From Marsupella aquatica (lineage: Eukaryota > Plantae > Marchantiophyta): DNA of 64,000 nt. Where the stretch lies: NCBI GenBank assembly GCA_973895155.1, contig OZ316896.1, forward strand, positions 19,084,754-19,148,753, written 5' to 3'. Numbering within the stretch: the first letter of the stretch is position 1; each line of letters starts with the position of its first letter. Below, one piece after another: positions 26,404 through 40,252 of the stretch. Position numbers and translations under genes: made by a program. The notes beneath the pieces were generated by a model that saw only the letters and a program-made list of their open reading frames with translations, did no database searches and had not been told where the DNA came from.

Positions 26404-27432
26404 TCATAAAACATACTCATCATTGAGTAAATCAGCTTCTCCATCAGCCCTAGCCACATTTGCCGATGAAGTTTCCGCTGCCTTTCCCTTACAGTCTCGC
26501 TTGAAGTGTCCAACTTGGTTGCACTTCCAACATGTCACCTGCCTCCTCTGAGGGGATTTACCCTTGGACTTAGATCTGGATTTAGATCTAAACTGGGTTC
26601 TACGGTCCCCAGTTGGTCGCTGCATACTCCTCCCATGGTTAACATTGAGGGCAGCACCAGATGATGAAGGCTGTGACGTGATGTGCATCTTCTGCTGAAG
26701 ATCATCACTAAGCAGAGAACTTACCACGTCATTGTATGAAATGGTATCCCTATCACGATGCAACAACACTCGTGATAGGGACTGGTAAGATGGAGGCAAT
26801 GAACTAAGAAGCTGCAGAGCCTTCGTCTCATCATTCAAAGTCTCCCCAAGGTTTTCCAAGTGAACGACCATGTCGTTGAAAGCATCCACATGGTCTTGCA
26901 ACTTCGTACCAGATTCCTTCATCCTGAAACTCATCAGTTTGTAGGAAGTGTAGAGCCGGTTTGACAACTCCTTGCGGTGATACTTGCTCTGCAATTCCGC
27001 AAACAAGGACATGCAATCTTTATGTGCACCCAACTGCTTGATGATGGGAGGCATGAGATAGAGTGTAACACACCATACTCCCTGCTCCCATTGTTTCTCA
27101 TCAACATCGTCTTCACGAGGGCTCAGCAGTTGGCCCATCCCTGACGCATAAAGCACTCCCTTCACCTGCTTCTCCCATAGCAAGTAGTCAGAGCGCCCAT
27201 CATACTTTGTCACTTCATACTTGGGTCCCCCAAGCTTGAAAGTCCCCATCTTCTTCTTTGGCACTACCGTGAGCTCCGGTAGTAGTACTGCTTCCTCCAC
27301 CACACGCCGCACCGGTGATGGTATCGGTGTCACGTGCTCTTCCTCCTGCTCCTCTCTCTGCCCCTGAAACCTCCGCGGTGATCCTCGTGCTTCAAGTTCC
27401 ACGTCTTCGAAAAACTCCTCCGAATCACTCAT
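26404..27432 (-). CDS. gag: Copia Gag (UBN2-type with CCHC zinc knuckle)
   Basis: 342-aa ORF with KYDGRSDYLLW, LLSSLPPSY and CWKCNQVGHFKRDC; ends in TGA, in frame with pol. Confidence 0.9.
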   Translation of the reverse strand: MSDSEEFFEDVELEARGSPRRFQGQREEQEEEHVTPIPSPVRRVVEEAVLLPELTVVPKKKMGTFKLGGPKYEVTKYDGRSDYLLWEKQVKGVLYASGMGQLLSPREDDVDEKQWEQGVWCVTLYLMPPIIKQLGAHKDCMSLFAELQSKYHRKELSNRLYTSYKLMSFRMKESGTKLQDHVDAFNDMVVHLENLGETLNDETKALQLLSSLPPSYQSLSRVLLHRDRDTISYNDVVSSLLSDDLQQKMHITSQPSSSGAALNVNHGRSMQRPTGDRRTQFRSKSRSKSKGKSPQRRQVTCWKCNQVGHFKRDCKGKAAETSSANVARADGEADLLNDEYVL

Positions 27433-28586
27433 ATGAGAAAATCACAAAAAATGTTGTTTTTCACAACTTCTCAAAAAACTCGAAACTCAACACCGCCGCG
27501 TAGCCCACAAAGCTAGGAGTCCAATACTGAAAACCGAAATCAAAATCAAAATTTGACGGAAAAGTTATTCAAATTTCGGTCGAGGTGGGTAAAACCTTGG
27601 GAAACTCCCCCGTTTTGACCACCTCAGGGAATAACCGAAATACCAAGTACAACCCGTTGTCGGAATTGCGATGTGATTGGTGCGCTGCGTTGCCAACTTC
27701 AATGGCTACGACCTCGCCGAAAAATAACCAAAAAAGTTACCGTTCGGCGGATGAAATCTTTGTCGGACGGTCAAAAAATAGCTCTCTGGTTTTTTGGAAT
27801 ATTCTATGACCCTTGTACAGGCCCTGTGGGAATTTTGGAAGAACAATCGAGGGGCTGACATGTGTCCTCGAACCCCCAAAACCCCCTACCACCCTTCGTC
27901 GTCGAAATCTGGTCGCGCGCGCAGAAAATACACACGGCAGAATGTACCCCTCGACACCAAACGCAAGATATCTCACTCGGGTTTTGATGAAATCAAGATC
28001 CGATTTCAGATTTGGAAACTAGACTCCGAGGCGATGAAGATCGATATAAGAAGCACCCAAAACGAGGAAAGAACGAGGGAGAAAAAAATTGGTAAAGATG
28101 ACAGATTTCTCTCAATTGCCATAGCCAATTTTGAATCAGTTTTTCAAAGAGAAAAAAATGGTACCTTGTCAACAACGAATGTTGATCAATTGCACTTGGT
28201 GCCGTAACCAAGTCCAACAAGGTAATTGATTTTGCTTAGCCTTCCTCTTTGGATCAAAGAGCCAATCCCGGACTCAAAAACAATCGTCTTGCCTCAATCT
28301 CTCCGTTGAGTCAAAACACTTGACGCTTCTCCCTCCGAGTCGATTGCCAACTTTCTTCACAAAATCCAGAACGACGAAAACTTAGATCTCTTTGCACCAC
28401 GAGCTCCGTTCAATGATTTCTTCACACCGTTAGAAAGCTCTTGCCCTGATCTATCCGTTGAGCCCATAAACTCCAAGTTCCATGCGATGGAACTCTGGAA
28501 AATCCACCAACACTCAACGCTGGAAAAACCGTCATGAAATCCCGTCACAAACACACGTCACCTCCCAAGCATGCTCTGATACCAAT

Positions 28587-29007
28587 TGTTGAGCATAGAC
28601 GACGATCGCAACGGCAAGCCCATGAACCATCCAACGCACAATAGTCGACACAAGAGATACGTGGTTCACCTCCTTGAAGCTACGTCCACGGGAACACACA
28701 AGAGAGCTTTACTGAACTCTAAGCCCGTCGGCTATACCGAGTCTCCACAGTGTAAGCTCTCCCTATCTCTCAAGTGGCTCCATAACAATGAGCCTTGGTT
28801 CTACCTCTCCAAGCACACATGTCTCTTATGATATATAGTGCAACTTAGTTATACCTAACCACATAGTTGTACCTAATCACGTAGTTGTACCTAACCATAT
28901 AGTTGTACCTAATCACGTAGTTGTATCTAACCACGTAGTTATACCAACCCACGTTGTTGTACCAACCATGTCATACCTAACCTAGACGTAAGAGTAAATA
29001 CCCAACA
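28587..29007 (-). repeat. Copia 5' LTR
   Basis: Direct repeat of 22520-22940; on the minus strand it is followed after 2 nt by the iMet PBS. Confidence 0.97.
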
Positions 29008-30370
29008 CACTCTGCAAGTTAGTGCGTGGTTTACTAAGTAGGCCTTGACAGGAACCGGGCGGCGGCAGGCACTCACGGGAGTGTTGTTAAGTCCTGATGG
29101 AATCTATTCATTAAAAGTGAATTATTATTCGATTTATGAACATTTGAGCAATAGAAAGTGTACATTTGGGCAAGCGACAAAGGTGATGGTCATCACGTAC
29201 CACCATGTTCATCCTTTGTAAACAAACTAGGATGAGACTTCTTCTAACAAAGATCTTTGTTGCAGCCCCTTCAAGTTGTTAGAAGATACTTTTTGCCCTT
29301 TCAAGTTGTTAGAAGATCCTTGTTGCCCCTTCAAGTTTGCAATTCTCCATTGAGATGTAGAGTATTATACTATGCGTACTATACATTTTGGGTTTAAAAA
29401 GTGCATATTTAGAGACTAAAAAGTGAACATTTAGAGGCCTAACAGTGAACATTATGAGAGAAGCAGGGAAGGCCCACCACTCTATTGAAAGGATTCATAT
29501 GAAAGTTTCATAAGCTAAATAATTGTGTAAAGATGACATATTGGCATAAAAGTGGGGCCAACACTGTGAGGAGAGGGCACAAGTACCAAGTATGCCAAAA
29601 CTATAATTTTAGTTTTGCTTTAGTGTGGTTCATAAAAAAATCATTCCAAACTTGAAAAGCTTCACTTTTTGTTGTTGGGATCCTCACAACTTTAGTTAGT
29701 TTTAATATAAAATATTGGAAATTTTAACTAGATGTGATAGTTTACAATAAGATAAACTAATCTTTAATATCAAGAGTTAAGACTAGTACTTACCAAATCT
29801 ACACTAAAGGGGTCTATTTAGTTGAATAATGTTGGCAACGCAACCCCACTAATATGCAAAATTGTAGATGTGCTATACACATTTTTACTGAAGCGTGATG
29901 TGCTATCACATTTTACTGGCTTCTTCTGTCATGAAGGTTGTAATATATAAAGTAGGTTACAAACTATAGTAACTCATGGGGTTTTTTCCTCTCTTTCCAG
30001 TCACTTAGTTTCCATTACCATGAGACTGGTTTGAAGCTTTTCCTTTCTACTTCAGCTGTCATTACTGTTAGTCATTTCACTCTTAGGTCTAGGGTTACTA
30101 TGTAACTTCACTTAGTTTAAGCATAGTCAGGTCCTAGGTTAAGTTAGATGATTGCCTGGATGATTGTGCTCCAGACTACTATCTCTGCCAGACTTTGTTT
30201 GTAAGTGGGACGTAAGCTCATTATTTTGGAGCAAGTTGAGGTATAAGGAGAGCTTAGTCTGTGGACTCGACATGGCGGACAGGCTTAGAGTTTACTAAAG
30301 CTTTTTGGTGTGTTCACATGAAAGTCGCCTTTGGAGAGATGAACCCTAGAGATGAACTACATATCTCGTG

Positions 30371-30798
30371 TGTTGACTGTTGAATGAATCACCCCTGCTC
30401 ACAACCTGGCTACAGATAAGAGAGCATGCACAAGTGCCACATCCAACAAACACACATTCAAGTACTCAACAAAATAGATAAGTGGTTCACCTTACCAGTC
30501 AGAGTGTATATACATGGAAGCACACAAAAGACGGGACAAAAGAGCTTTACTGAACTCTAAGTTAGCTCGTCTCCACAAACTAACCTCTCCTGCCTATCTC
30601 TTAATTGGCTCCTTAATAATGAGCCAGCTACTGTAGTGTATGTAAGTTCCACTCACTAACTAAGTATTACTAGTGAATATAGTAGTAACACACCTATTAT
30701 TAACCAAGCACTTGAATTGACTGCAGTTAAACTAAACTGCGGTGTGGGACTGCAGTTACATTATAACTATATATAGACTTAAGAGTAAACACCTAATA
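30371..30798 (-). mobile_element. Degenerate solo LTR related to the adjacent Copia family
   Basis: Shares GATA.GTGGTTCACCT, AGAGCTTTACTGAACTCTAAG, GTCTCCACA, TGGCTCC.TAA.AATGAGCC and TAGAC.TAAGAGTAAA.ACC with the Copia LTR in the same order. No internal domains; TSD not clean. Confidence 0.7.
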
Positions 30799-32249
30799 GT
30801 GTTATGGTTCATCAAAATTATTTTTGATGATTGTGCCCAATTGAAAATTAAATGCTTGAAAACCAGCTGTTATATATCTACTCATATATCTATAATTATA
30901 TAGTTTTAATCAAAAGCTATTGTTGGAGTGAAACCTCTAGACATTGACTTGGGCATAACCAAACTGTTCACCACAATTTGTCTTGCTAACACTGTTCACG
31001 TAGCCTAATTTTGTTGGGATTGCTCTTACATTAACATTAATAACCAATGCTAATCATTGACGAACACTATATATATTGCTCGCATTAAGTAACATTTGTG
31101 TGATACTAATTCCAACATTGTTTGGAAAGATTTTTATGATAGCGTTTAGGGTATGGGTAGCCCCTAAGAAAAATCAATTTAGTCACGTTCCAAAGACAAA
31201 TTCTTCAGTCAAGCAATGAGTGTTCCAATGCCTAAATAGCATTGCTCCCTCACCTTTGATAGCTAGGGAACGCAGCCTGGTTCATGCTTTACTTAAAAAA
31301 GAAAAGTTATATCCAGGGAACAGAGCCTCAACAGGGCGACACTACTTAGTTGTCATATGGCAGCACAAATCACTAGCAGGACTTGACAAATGTGGATTTC
31401 TCTCCTTCATGGAATTCCAACCAAAAATAGTCTTAGCAAAGAACCCATCACCGTTAATGTTACTTTCTATTCAAACATCACAGTTAATGTTACTTTCTAT
31501 TCAAACATGCCCCACTCTTACATTAGGGTTAACTTACCATTACCAACAGTAATTAGGGACATACACTAATTCTGAGATAAGACCAATTATGGTAAACAAT
31601 GTGAAAAGGGGGGTGCAAGCAGTAAATAGGGATTGGGGCAAATCATTGACAAATTGGATAGTAGGGAATCAATTTTCTTTTAGGTCTTTCTTGCAATTCA
31701 CGAGGCCTTTTGTTTTTGTTTTCTTTTGTCTCTGTTTACATTCAGAGTGGCACTCCGGCTGGTAACAATTAATCCAAGTAGGACAAGAGGATAATTTTTG
31801 CCCTCCCACAGAGCACTGCCCTTTCTGGAATACAAGGCCCGGACCTTGTTGTACATGGAAGACGGTAGTCCATTTCGTTTGGCTTTTTCTTTGGTAGTCA
31901 AAGAGAGATCGTAAGTCTTCACATCATCTGGACAAAAACAAACACTCTTAATTTTAGCCAAAAGTGTTAGATGAAGTGTCCAGAGAGCAAAGAAATACAA
32001 CCAAAGCAAAATAATGTCACAGAATCGCACATCTGTGAAGCATTAGCCATCGTCCCAGAGCCATCTTTGTTGGAATCTGTCTATGGCCATGTGACACTCC
32101 ACTGATAGTCAGACCCCCAGGGTTTGCGCTGGTGAGCATTGTTTGGGCAATTGAAGAAGCGTCTTGGAATTTCCTTCTGAATCGAATTCTGCCTTGGATA
32201 CTGTTCTATCTCTGGAACAGTGACAAGATAGTGGCTCTCTTGCTAATAC

Positions 32250-33650
32250 TATACTACGACCAAGTTGATGGAAACCATCATTTCAGGAAAAGCTCGTCTC
32301 GAAAGAAGATGGTCCGCAACAAAGCAATCCAGGAGAAGCTCGTGTCGAAAGAGGATGGTCCACTGTTCATCAGCTAAGAGAGATAGAGCTGGCTTTCTGA
32401 ATAAATTTCAATTGGTTCTTTCAAGGCAGAAAATTCGAGACAAAGCTGTTGTCTCTCTTTAGATGCTGTAAACTGTTCGTCCTCATGGAATTCAATTGGA
32501 TTTTACAAAAAGGCGATGAGATCCAACTCCTCACATTGTCGACCCACGGATTGGATTTTATAAACAGTACGCGGAGGAAGCGCACGAAACACCGAACAGT
32601 TAAGTGGAATTTCTACACATACTACAGTAGTTCATGATGAGATTTCTACAAGTTGGGTTGGAGTGCAAGTTGATTGACATTCAAGCCCTGTTTTAAACGT
32701 GCGTCATTAAGATGTAAAAGCCTGAAATCTATACGGTAGTGTCTGCAAAGAGAATATGAAAGTGCCAAAAAGCCAAGTATTTTCCATGGTAGTTCTCCAT
32801 ATAAAAAGCCACTTCTAATGAAACTACCTTACAGACAGAATGAACAGGGTGTACACACAACATTTGTTGGTTTTGTCAAAGAAAGAAAGACTGTCCGTTG
32901 ACTTGACAAATGCTCGAGCCAACGTACGTATCCGAAGGCAAAAGGGCCGAAAAACCTCGACTATCTCAATAGCTGGAACTAAGAAAAATGCCTTATGTTG
33001 CTGTCATAAAACCATCGTACATCCTTTTTTCAGCGTGTTTTGTGACTTTGCGGGTGACTATGCGGACAATGTTATTGGATCAGGTGACTATTCAAGGATA
33101 TGATGATCATGATCTAAAGGATCAAACTGACAGTAGTTCCGATTGAAGCGGCTTTCTTGGTAGTATAATACTACGACCCAGTTGACAGAAACCATCATTC
33201 CAGGACAAGCTCGTGTCGACAGTAGATGGTCCGAAACAAAGTACTCCAGGAGAAGCTCGTGTCGAGAGAAGATAGTAAGTGCACTTTGGCATCTCTGTAA
33301 GCTGCCCCAGCTATGCACTGTTCATCGTCATCGAATTCAGTTAGTTTTTGCAATGCAAAAGGAAGATGAGATCCAGTGCCTCACATGATCGAACCACAGA
33401 TTAGATAGTGTAAACACTATGCGGAGGAAGGGCACGAAACAACGAAATGTCAAGTTGAAACTGACGCATACAACTGTATTTCATGATGAGATTTATACAA
33501 GTGGGTTGGCATCAACTTTCAGGCGCTGCTTTTCACGTGCTTCGTTGGATCAGGTGACTATTCAAAGATCTGAGGATTATCTCTTCACAGATCTGAGGAT
33601 TATGGTTTGAGAATCAAATCCACAGTAATTCCGATTGAGCCCCGGTGTTG
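32250..33650. repeat. Diverged local duplications upstream of AZG copy A
   Basis: ~32250-32660 resembles ~33165-33510 (TACTACGACC.AGTTGA...CCAGGAGAAGCTCGTGTCGA...GCGGAGGAAG.GCACGAAAC). TGGATCAGGTGACTATTCAA occurs at ~33076 and ~33546. Confidence 0.7.
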
Positions 33651-35103
33651 CCCGCACAATTGTACCTTGCTTTTGTGTGTTTTGTCTGCCCTCTCGTTGA
33701 TGTTAATTGAAGGCTTAATTTCCGATGAATATCAACTTGTCCTAAAGTATCGAGAAGCTCGAAGCTCGAAGTTCGAAGAATTGTTCAGCCGATTACTTTA
33801 TTACTGCATTAACTCGTCCTGCAGTAGCTGCTTTCGTGGAACTGTCAAATTGACTTAATTTCGTCTCCCGACAAATTTTACTTTCTTTTCAATCGATCAT
33901 CGTCAAGTTCCCTCAATGTAGAGCATCCCGAAAATTTTGCATCAACGAATTTCTTACTGATCAAGGGAGTTCGGAAATTGTATGACGATCGCTCCACGGC
34001 AAAGGTGGTATGGATTTCGCTTTGCTGCACCATAGCAGCACGGTGGAACGACTAGAATCATTCACTTTCATAAGATAGTCTGATCGCCGCTGTTTAACTC
34101 TCAGCAAGCTTGCGGGCCATGGCCGAGATCCACGGCGGATATTCTGCCCTAGTGCTGAGGTGTGAAGGGGAATCACTCCACAGATAAACTAAACAGGTCA
34201 ACGTCTACAGCTTTCACTCATAACTGAGTGCGCCCATCTTTCGTCGAGCCGCAGGAATCTACCGGTTATCGCGGTGCTTTTTTCACCGAGATACTAGGAT
34301 CTAGATCAATTTTTGGGCTTAACGATAAATTCCAATCGATGTTCTAGTAATTGTTTTCACTTTCAACAGCACGAAGATTCTCCAAGCATCACGCGCATGC
34401 ATCTCCAAAGTTCTGGGAGAGAAGCCAATTGGTGGTGAAATTTTGAGCAATTATAAAACTGCCAACAAGGAGGGAGAAGCCTGTTCTAAAAGTTTTCACA
34501 ACGAATCGGGAACTCTAAGAACAGGTTACTCTGGCATAGGCTGACGCCACGCAATCGTCTGCAGTGGTCATCAACCATGCTACGTCCAAGATTTCGCCCA
34601 CCGAAAAGTTCGCTAGCGAGTGAAGTGCTTTCACTTGAGAGGGGACGATTTGTGGATCATCCACTTGTACAGAAACAATAGAGAGATGGAGATAAATAGG
34701 GGGATGGTTTATCACAATTCGTACTCTTCCGATAGCTTACACCCGTCGACGAGGCCGAGCTCTGCCAAGGATTTAGGAGAGGAGAGGCAGAGAGAGTGCG
34801 ACGAGATTTTCATCTTTTGGTAGTAAAGGAAGGGGAGCCTCAGCAGGAGCTTTAGTGTTTGCTGCTGCTTGCGCGGTCGATATCTATGAGGTCAAATTTG
34901 CACTTTGTGGAAACGATTTCCGAACTGAATTTTGTGAACCTCTTGCAGTGATCGTCGCAATTTCAGCGTGCAACATGCTCCCTTACTAGCAAAACAATTT
35001 TGACCCACATCAATTCCCTCGGCCGAATACCAGTGATCGATCATCGCTCCTGTGCTGTTTTGCCAGTGGAGAGCACTCACAGAGTTCAAGGCGGGGTTCG
35101 ACA

Positions 35104-36846
35104 ATGAAGCTTAATTTTCGGATTCCGGGAAGCCGTAGATTGAAGAAATGGCAGGACGGTGTGAACCATTCAGTAAACAAGAGCATTGTGGGGAAGTATT
35201 TCAAGCTCGAGGAGCGCAAGTCCAATCTCACCACAGAAATGCGTGCGGGCACGGCCACGTTTCTGACTATGGCCTACATCTTGGCAGTGAATGCCAGTAT
35301 CCTCACTGATTCCGGAGGAACTTGCACAGCGGCGGATTGCAACAAAGTTTGCCCCGTTCCAGGTTTCGCTTTAGCAAGCTGTCCAGTTGCCCTCGTGCAA
35401 CCGGGAGACGAATGTAAGTTTACTCCTGTCAATGATGGCTACAACGCGTGCTTGGTATCCCTCAAGAAGGATCTCATCGTAGCTACGGCGGCATCTTCTC
35501 TCATAGGCTGTTTCATCATGGGAATGTTCGCCAATTTGCCTCTTGCACTCGCTCCAGGAATGGGGACCAATGCCTACTTTGCGTACACCGTTGTCGGATT
35601 TCACGGGTCTGGACGCATTCCATACCGGACTGCGTTAGCAGCTGTGCTGGTAGAGGGCGTAGTTTTCTTGTTGCTCGCCATATTTGGGTTGAGAACGAGG
35701 ATCGCGAAGATGATACCAAAGCCGGTTCGTGTCTCAACCTCAGCAGGCATCGGGTTCTTCTTGGCCTTCATCGGCCTCCAAAGCAACGAAGGAGTGGGGT
35801 TGATTCAGTACGATTCATCCACACTCGTCACTCTCGGTGCTTGCCCTGCCAAATACAGAATGTCGGTCGCTCCAGTCTACACCACAGTGAATGGAACAAT
35901 TGCTCTCATGCCAAACGGGGAGGTTTCGGGGAACATACATTGCCTGAAGCATCGGATGGAGAGTGCTACTTTCTGGCTCGCCGTGGTAGGATTTGTCATC
36001 ATTGGATATGCGTTGATATACAATGTCAAAGGGGCAATCATCTATGGCATCGTTTTCGTCACAGCGATCTCGTGGATAAGGAACACCGAAGTCACGTATT
36101 TCCCGGACACACCAGACGGCAACAGTGCATACCAGTACTTCAAAAAGGTTGTGGATGTTCACACAATCAAATCAACGGCAGGTGCTCTTCGATTTAATGG
36201 TTTCGGCTCGAGTCAGGTGTGGGTTGCTCTCATCACCTTCCTCTACGTGGATGTTCTCGATACGACGGGAACGTTGTACTCCATGGCCAAGTTTGCAGGT
36301 TATGTGGATGAGAAAGGAAACTTTGAGGGCCAGTACACTGCTTTCATGAGCGATGCGACTGCCATCATTATTGGTTCCACACTGGGCACATCTCCAGTTA
36401 CAGCATTCATCGAATCGTCGACAGGTATTCGGGAGGGTGGCAGGACTGGGTTGACAGCTCTCACAGTTAGCGGATATTTTCTGTTGTCCTTCTTCTTCAC
36501 TCCATTGCTTGCTTCCATCCCGCCCTGGGCTGTAGGGCCTCCCTTGGTTCTAGTCGGAGTGATGATGATGAAGTCAGTTTTGGAGGTTCAATGGGAAAAT
36601 ATGAAAGAAGCTATTCCAGCGTTTGTGACGATCATCCTGATGCCTCTCACTTACTCAATTGCTTACGGTTTGATTGGAGGAATTGGGACGTACATCGCTC
36701 TGCACTTGTGGGACTGGTCTTGGAATTCATTCAATGCAGCACGCTGTAAGTTTCTGGGTGGGCCGAACGAAAACACTGTCGCCGATCATCAGACAGAATC
36801 GGATGAAGCGAAAGAAGAAGTTCCCAACTCTGGAGTTCTTGAATGA
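35104..36846 (+). CDS. AZG1: AZG-type adenine/guanine (cytokinin) permease, NCS2/AzgA family, copy A
   Basis: Intronless 580-aa ORF with [69 protein letters not shown] and [10 protein letters not shown]. Confidence 0.95.
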   Translation: MKLNFRIPGSRRLKKWQDGVNHSVNKSIVGKYFKLEERKSNLTTEMRAGTATFLTMAYILAVNASILTDSGGTCTAADCNKVCPVPGFALASCPVALVQPGDECKFTPVNDGYNACLVSLKKDLIVATAASSLIGCFIMGMFANLPLALAPGMGTNAYFAYTVVGFHGSGRIPYRTALAAVLVEGVVFLLLAIFGLRTRIAKMIPKPVRVSTSAGIGFFLAFIGLQSNEGVGLIQYDSSTLVTLGACPAKYRMSVAPVYTTVNGTIALMPNGEVSGNIHCLKHRMESATFWLAVVGFVIIGYALIYNVKGAIIYGIVFVTAISWIRNTEVTYFPDTPDGNSAYQYFKKVVDVHTIKSTAGALRFNGFGSSQVWVALITFLYVDVLDTTGTLYSMAKFAGYVDEKGNFEGQYTAFMSDATAIIIGSTLGTSPVTAFIESSTGIREGGRTGLTALTVSGYFLLSFFFTPLLASIPPWAVGPPLVLVGVMMMKSVLEVQWENMKEAIPAFVTIILMPLTYSIAYGLIGGIGTYIALHLWDWSWNSFNAARCKFLGGPNENTVADHQTESDEAKEEVPNSGVLE

Positions 36847-39800
36847 GTTTTAAATTTGCTGCTTTGTTGAAGAATGGTTCCAATTTACAATGCGGTGCAC
36901 CAGTAGTCAAACTCTCCGTTTGACGTGAAGAGCAAGTTAACGTAGGATGATAAGGCCAATGAATGGAGGTCGAGTGTGATACGGAGCTGCAAATGGTCGA
37001 CACTTTTTCGAAAAGGGGTCCTGGTCAGTAAATGATGAGTGACCTGCCTCAACAGGCAAGCAGGTGGAGGTTCCCGAGTTTCGCTGGGCTGACTTGTACG
37101 TGTCACCTACTCTGGTGACTAGCTGGACAGACTTCTTTGACCTACTGCCGTCATTTGTTGGAGTGACTGGACCTACTCTACTTACAGACTACAAAGTATC
37201 AAGCTTTAGAGTGATGATTGCTTACGGCCTAACGAGAACATCATGCTAACCTCTGAACGCTTTGACATAGAGGAAAAAATCAGTCTGGCATTCATCCAGC
37301 AATTTCAGTGGTGCGTCTGAATTCTCTCTCTTTGATTCAGAAAATCCTTCAGTATGTGGATTACAGCCGATGGAGCCCCCGGTTGAGTCTTCATGATCTC
37401 CTCATTGAAGTTGACGGTACTGGCAGTGACCGAGTCCTACTGTAGTGGTAGACTCGTTTTGGTGAGGGACTTAAAGACTAGCGCAGGAGATCTCAGTTTA
37501 GGGCTTTGCTTATATGTAATATCTGGAATTGTGTCCATGCTCCTGCAACGAGCACCGAGCAACGGGATAATTCACGAGCACCGAGCAACGGGATAATTCT
37601 TCCATCCACATTGCTGTAGCGCAATTTTCTCGACTTGGAGTCTCAAGTCCTTAGTACTCTTGTACACGAATTAATGTTGTGTTGAATTTATATCAATAGA
37701 GCCTTTTGATACTAATTTCGGTATATTTATGACGTGTAAGTTTTTTTCAAAGAGTCTTCACTCCACAAATCCTCTGGAACGTTCCAGTTTGAGGTAGATT
37801 CGGTGACCATTCTCAAATCGTTGGAAACCGTGTTTTGGAACCATTACAGATTGCAGCTCTATTTTCAAACTGGTCACGTCACTCTCTAAACTTCCGTCCC
37901 CCATCTTTACTGGTTTTACTATGCAATTGCGAATCAGCAATGGCCTTCCAAAGTTGCCAATTGGCCTCATACTCTGAGCCTGTTGGGAATTCGAAATATC
38001 TGAAATGTCCAGGGTTGCGTCGTGCTGTCGTGAGAGCTATGAAGATGATAATGGTTATGCTCATTCTAGCTGCTACTTCCGTAACGCCGAGCCAAAAGGT
38101 CCCCCAGGACTTCTTCTGCCTTCGGATCCAGGTTTGAGTGAGATGTAAGAAATGAAGCTAGACGGAGAGAAAAGTGTATGCTAAGACTTGCAGAAGTTCA
38201 CCAAATGGAAGGATCCTCTCTTACGACCTCCCCCTGAATGGAAAGAACTTGAAGATGCGAGGCATCAACCCAAAAGCAATGGAAACAGCCAACACCTAAC
38301 AAACCAGATTGCAATGTCATATAGGAGGGGCCTGACAATATGACTAATAAGGCATCTTCTCTATCAGGGGAGGGAATTGTGAACGAAGAGTAGAAGGGAT
38401 GGCGTTGGTGATTCTGCAACACATTACTAAATTAGATTCCTTGTGTTTTGAACAATCCTAGATTCTGACGACAGGTTCAGAGTCATTACTGTAGGCATGC
38501 ATTGTAGTACCTTTGTGCACAAACTTTCGGTGCAAACAGCAGAAGCACAGGAGAAGTACTGCAGGCTTTGTGTGGTCGTCCACTTCGTCCAAAGTGCACA
38601 ATCGAGCAGAGCCGTTTGAGCATTGCGCAGCTGCTGTAGACTACTCTTCCATGCTCCATAATCATGTGATGGGTAGCTTCTCTGCGGCACAGGGCATGCA
38701 GGTGAGTGACTCATGAGGAGATTTTGGGACAGAGTAACTTTGGGGCCTAAAGAGAAAGTTGCCCGCAAGCGTCTTCACAGTTGAAGAGTTCAATGAGGCC
38801 AATGGCGAGCGCAGCTACAGAGCGAACAAACAGCCGGAACACATGCATTATGCATAAACCCAAAAAACTACTCCAAAAGTGTGAAAGAATCCAAAACAAG
38901 AAGGAAATAATCACAAGTCAAAGAAGCCATGCAAGGAATTGAAGGAAGTCTATATGTTTGTTGCGTGGCGTAGGAGGTGTTGAGTAGATGAGGCGGGGAA
39001 TTAAGCTATTGCTATTTCTGCTTGTACTGACAACTATTTTGCAAAGGATCACATCTCAGTTAAAAACTAGAGATGAACAAGAGAAAGACAACTGGCACAG
39101 AAAACTTTGAATTGCAGGACTGAAATGTTTGAGGTCGTTCGTTTGTTTGGAGAAAGATGTCGTCGCATAGTTTTAGGTCTCGACTGCAAGCAATTTCAGT
39201 TTTGCTTCACCATGACTTGACATCTGCAAAACGGATATAACGCGCTGCATAACTCGGGTCCCTTTTCATTTGCTCCTGTATTTGAGGGCGCTCTTCATAA
39301 GCCAAACCCGTCTATCGCATTTTGACCTTGCCCAAATAACACAAATCTTATCCTGAAGATGATCACAATTTTCCGCACCATAAACAGAAATGTCAAGAGG
39401 GAATTGACAGGAGGTTGCTCCGAAGAAATGACCGAAACTAACATGTCGAAGGAACCCAAACAACCGAACAAACGACCGAACTCCGACTTACTGGAGAGAC
39501 CGAAATCGCAGGGAAATGCGCAGCGCCGGTCGACTGCCACTTCCTTGCGTAGTCGAGCAAGCACAGACCCGGGCACATACAGTAGTTGCCTCCGAGACCG
39601 GATGAACATCTGGCAAACGCGAAGTGGGACGTGCTACGATAGAGAGCCGAATTAGTACTTTATTCGATAGGCAAAGAGTTGGACCCTGTTGGCAAGCTTG
39701 CGAAAATTGAAATTTAGAAATGCGAAGGCAAGGAGCAAAATAAAAACAAATGTTTTAAATATCACAATGAGTTAAGAACTAGGACCAAAAGTCAGGGATA

Positions 39801-40252
39801 CGTCTCTCATGTTCAGCTTGTGAAAAAATCCATGTGAAAAATCCAAAATCATTTCGGTCGTATGTGCTTGCCTACATTCCATCGATACGTTGACGGATTT
39901 CCCTAGACTTTCTCCACTGTCATCGGAATATAGTTTTATCTGCATCTGCGTATCTACAATTCACCTCATGTTTGTATGTAGTGGATCTTGGAATATCATC
40001 ACATCCTATGCTCAGCCGCCTACCCTCACGCTACCTTAGCTCGCCCAGGAAGCAATGGAAATAAGACCCTTAATGAAAAACATCCGCCCAGCTCGCCTAG
40101 GAAGCAGTGGAAGTCCCCTTTGACGCCCTCACATTGTACCTGAACATTGTGCTCTGTTCTGTGGCGTGGACTGAATTGAAGCTGGACGCGAAGCCCAGGC
40201 CAGAGCGACTGTCTGATTGGCTGCCTGGCAACAAGGCATTGATAATCGAACT

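Larger units (their letters stand above)
22520..29007 (-). mobile_element. Full-length Ty1/Copia LTR retrotransposon
   Basis: LTRs 22520-22940 and 28587-29007 (421 bp, TG...CA, ~9 mismatches by eye). TSD CACTC at 22515-22519 and 29008-29012. PBS TGGTATCAGAGC (tRNA-iMet) at 28584-28573; PPT AAGGGGAAGAT next to the 3' LTR. Domain order gag-PR-IN-RT-RH. Confidence 0.98.

Noticed and set aside
21797-29095. Old TIR element (GGACTTAACA...TGTTAAGTCC) hosting the Copia insertion
   Set aside because: Only ~10 bp of clean inverted match, several alternative left ends and no convincing TSD.
35448-36197. 249-aa overlapping ORF inside AZG copy A
   Set aside because: Alternate-frame artefact; it is broken by stops in copy B while the AZG frame is preserved.
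37758-39225. Minus-strand gene between AZG copy A and the thioesterase
   Set aside because: An acceptor-like TTTTGCAG|ATG is present, but all frames contain many stops in both duplication copies and no family is recognisable.
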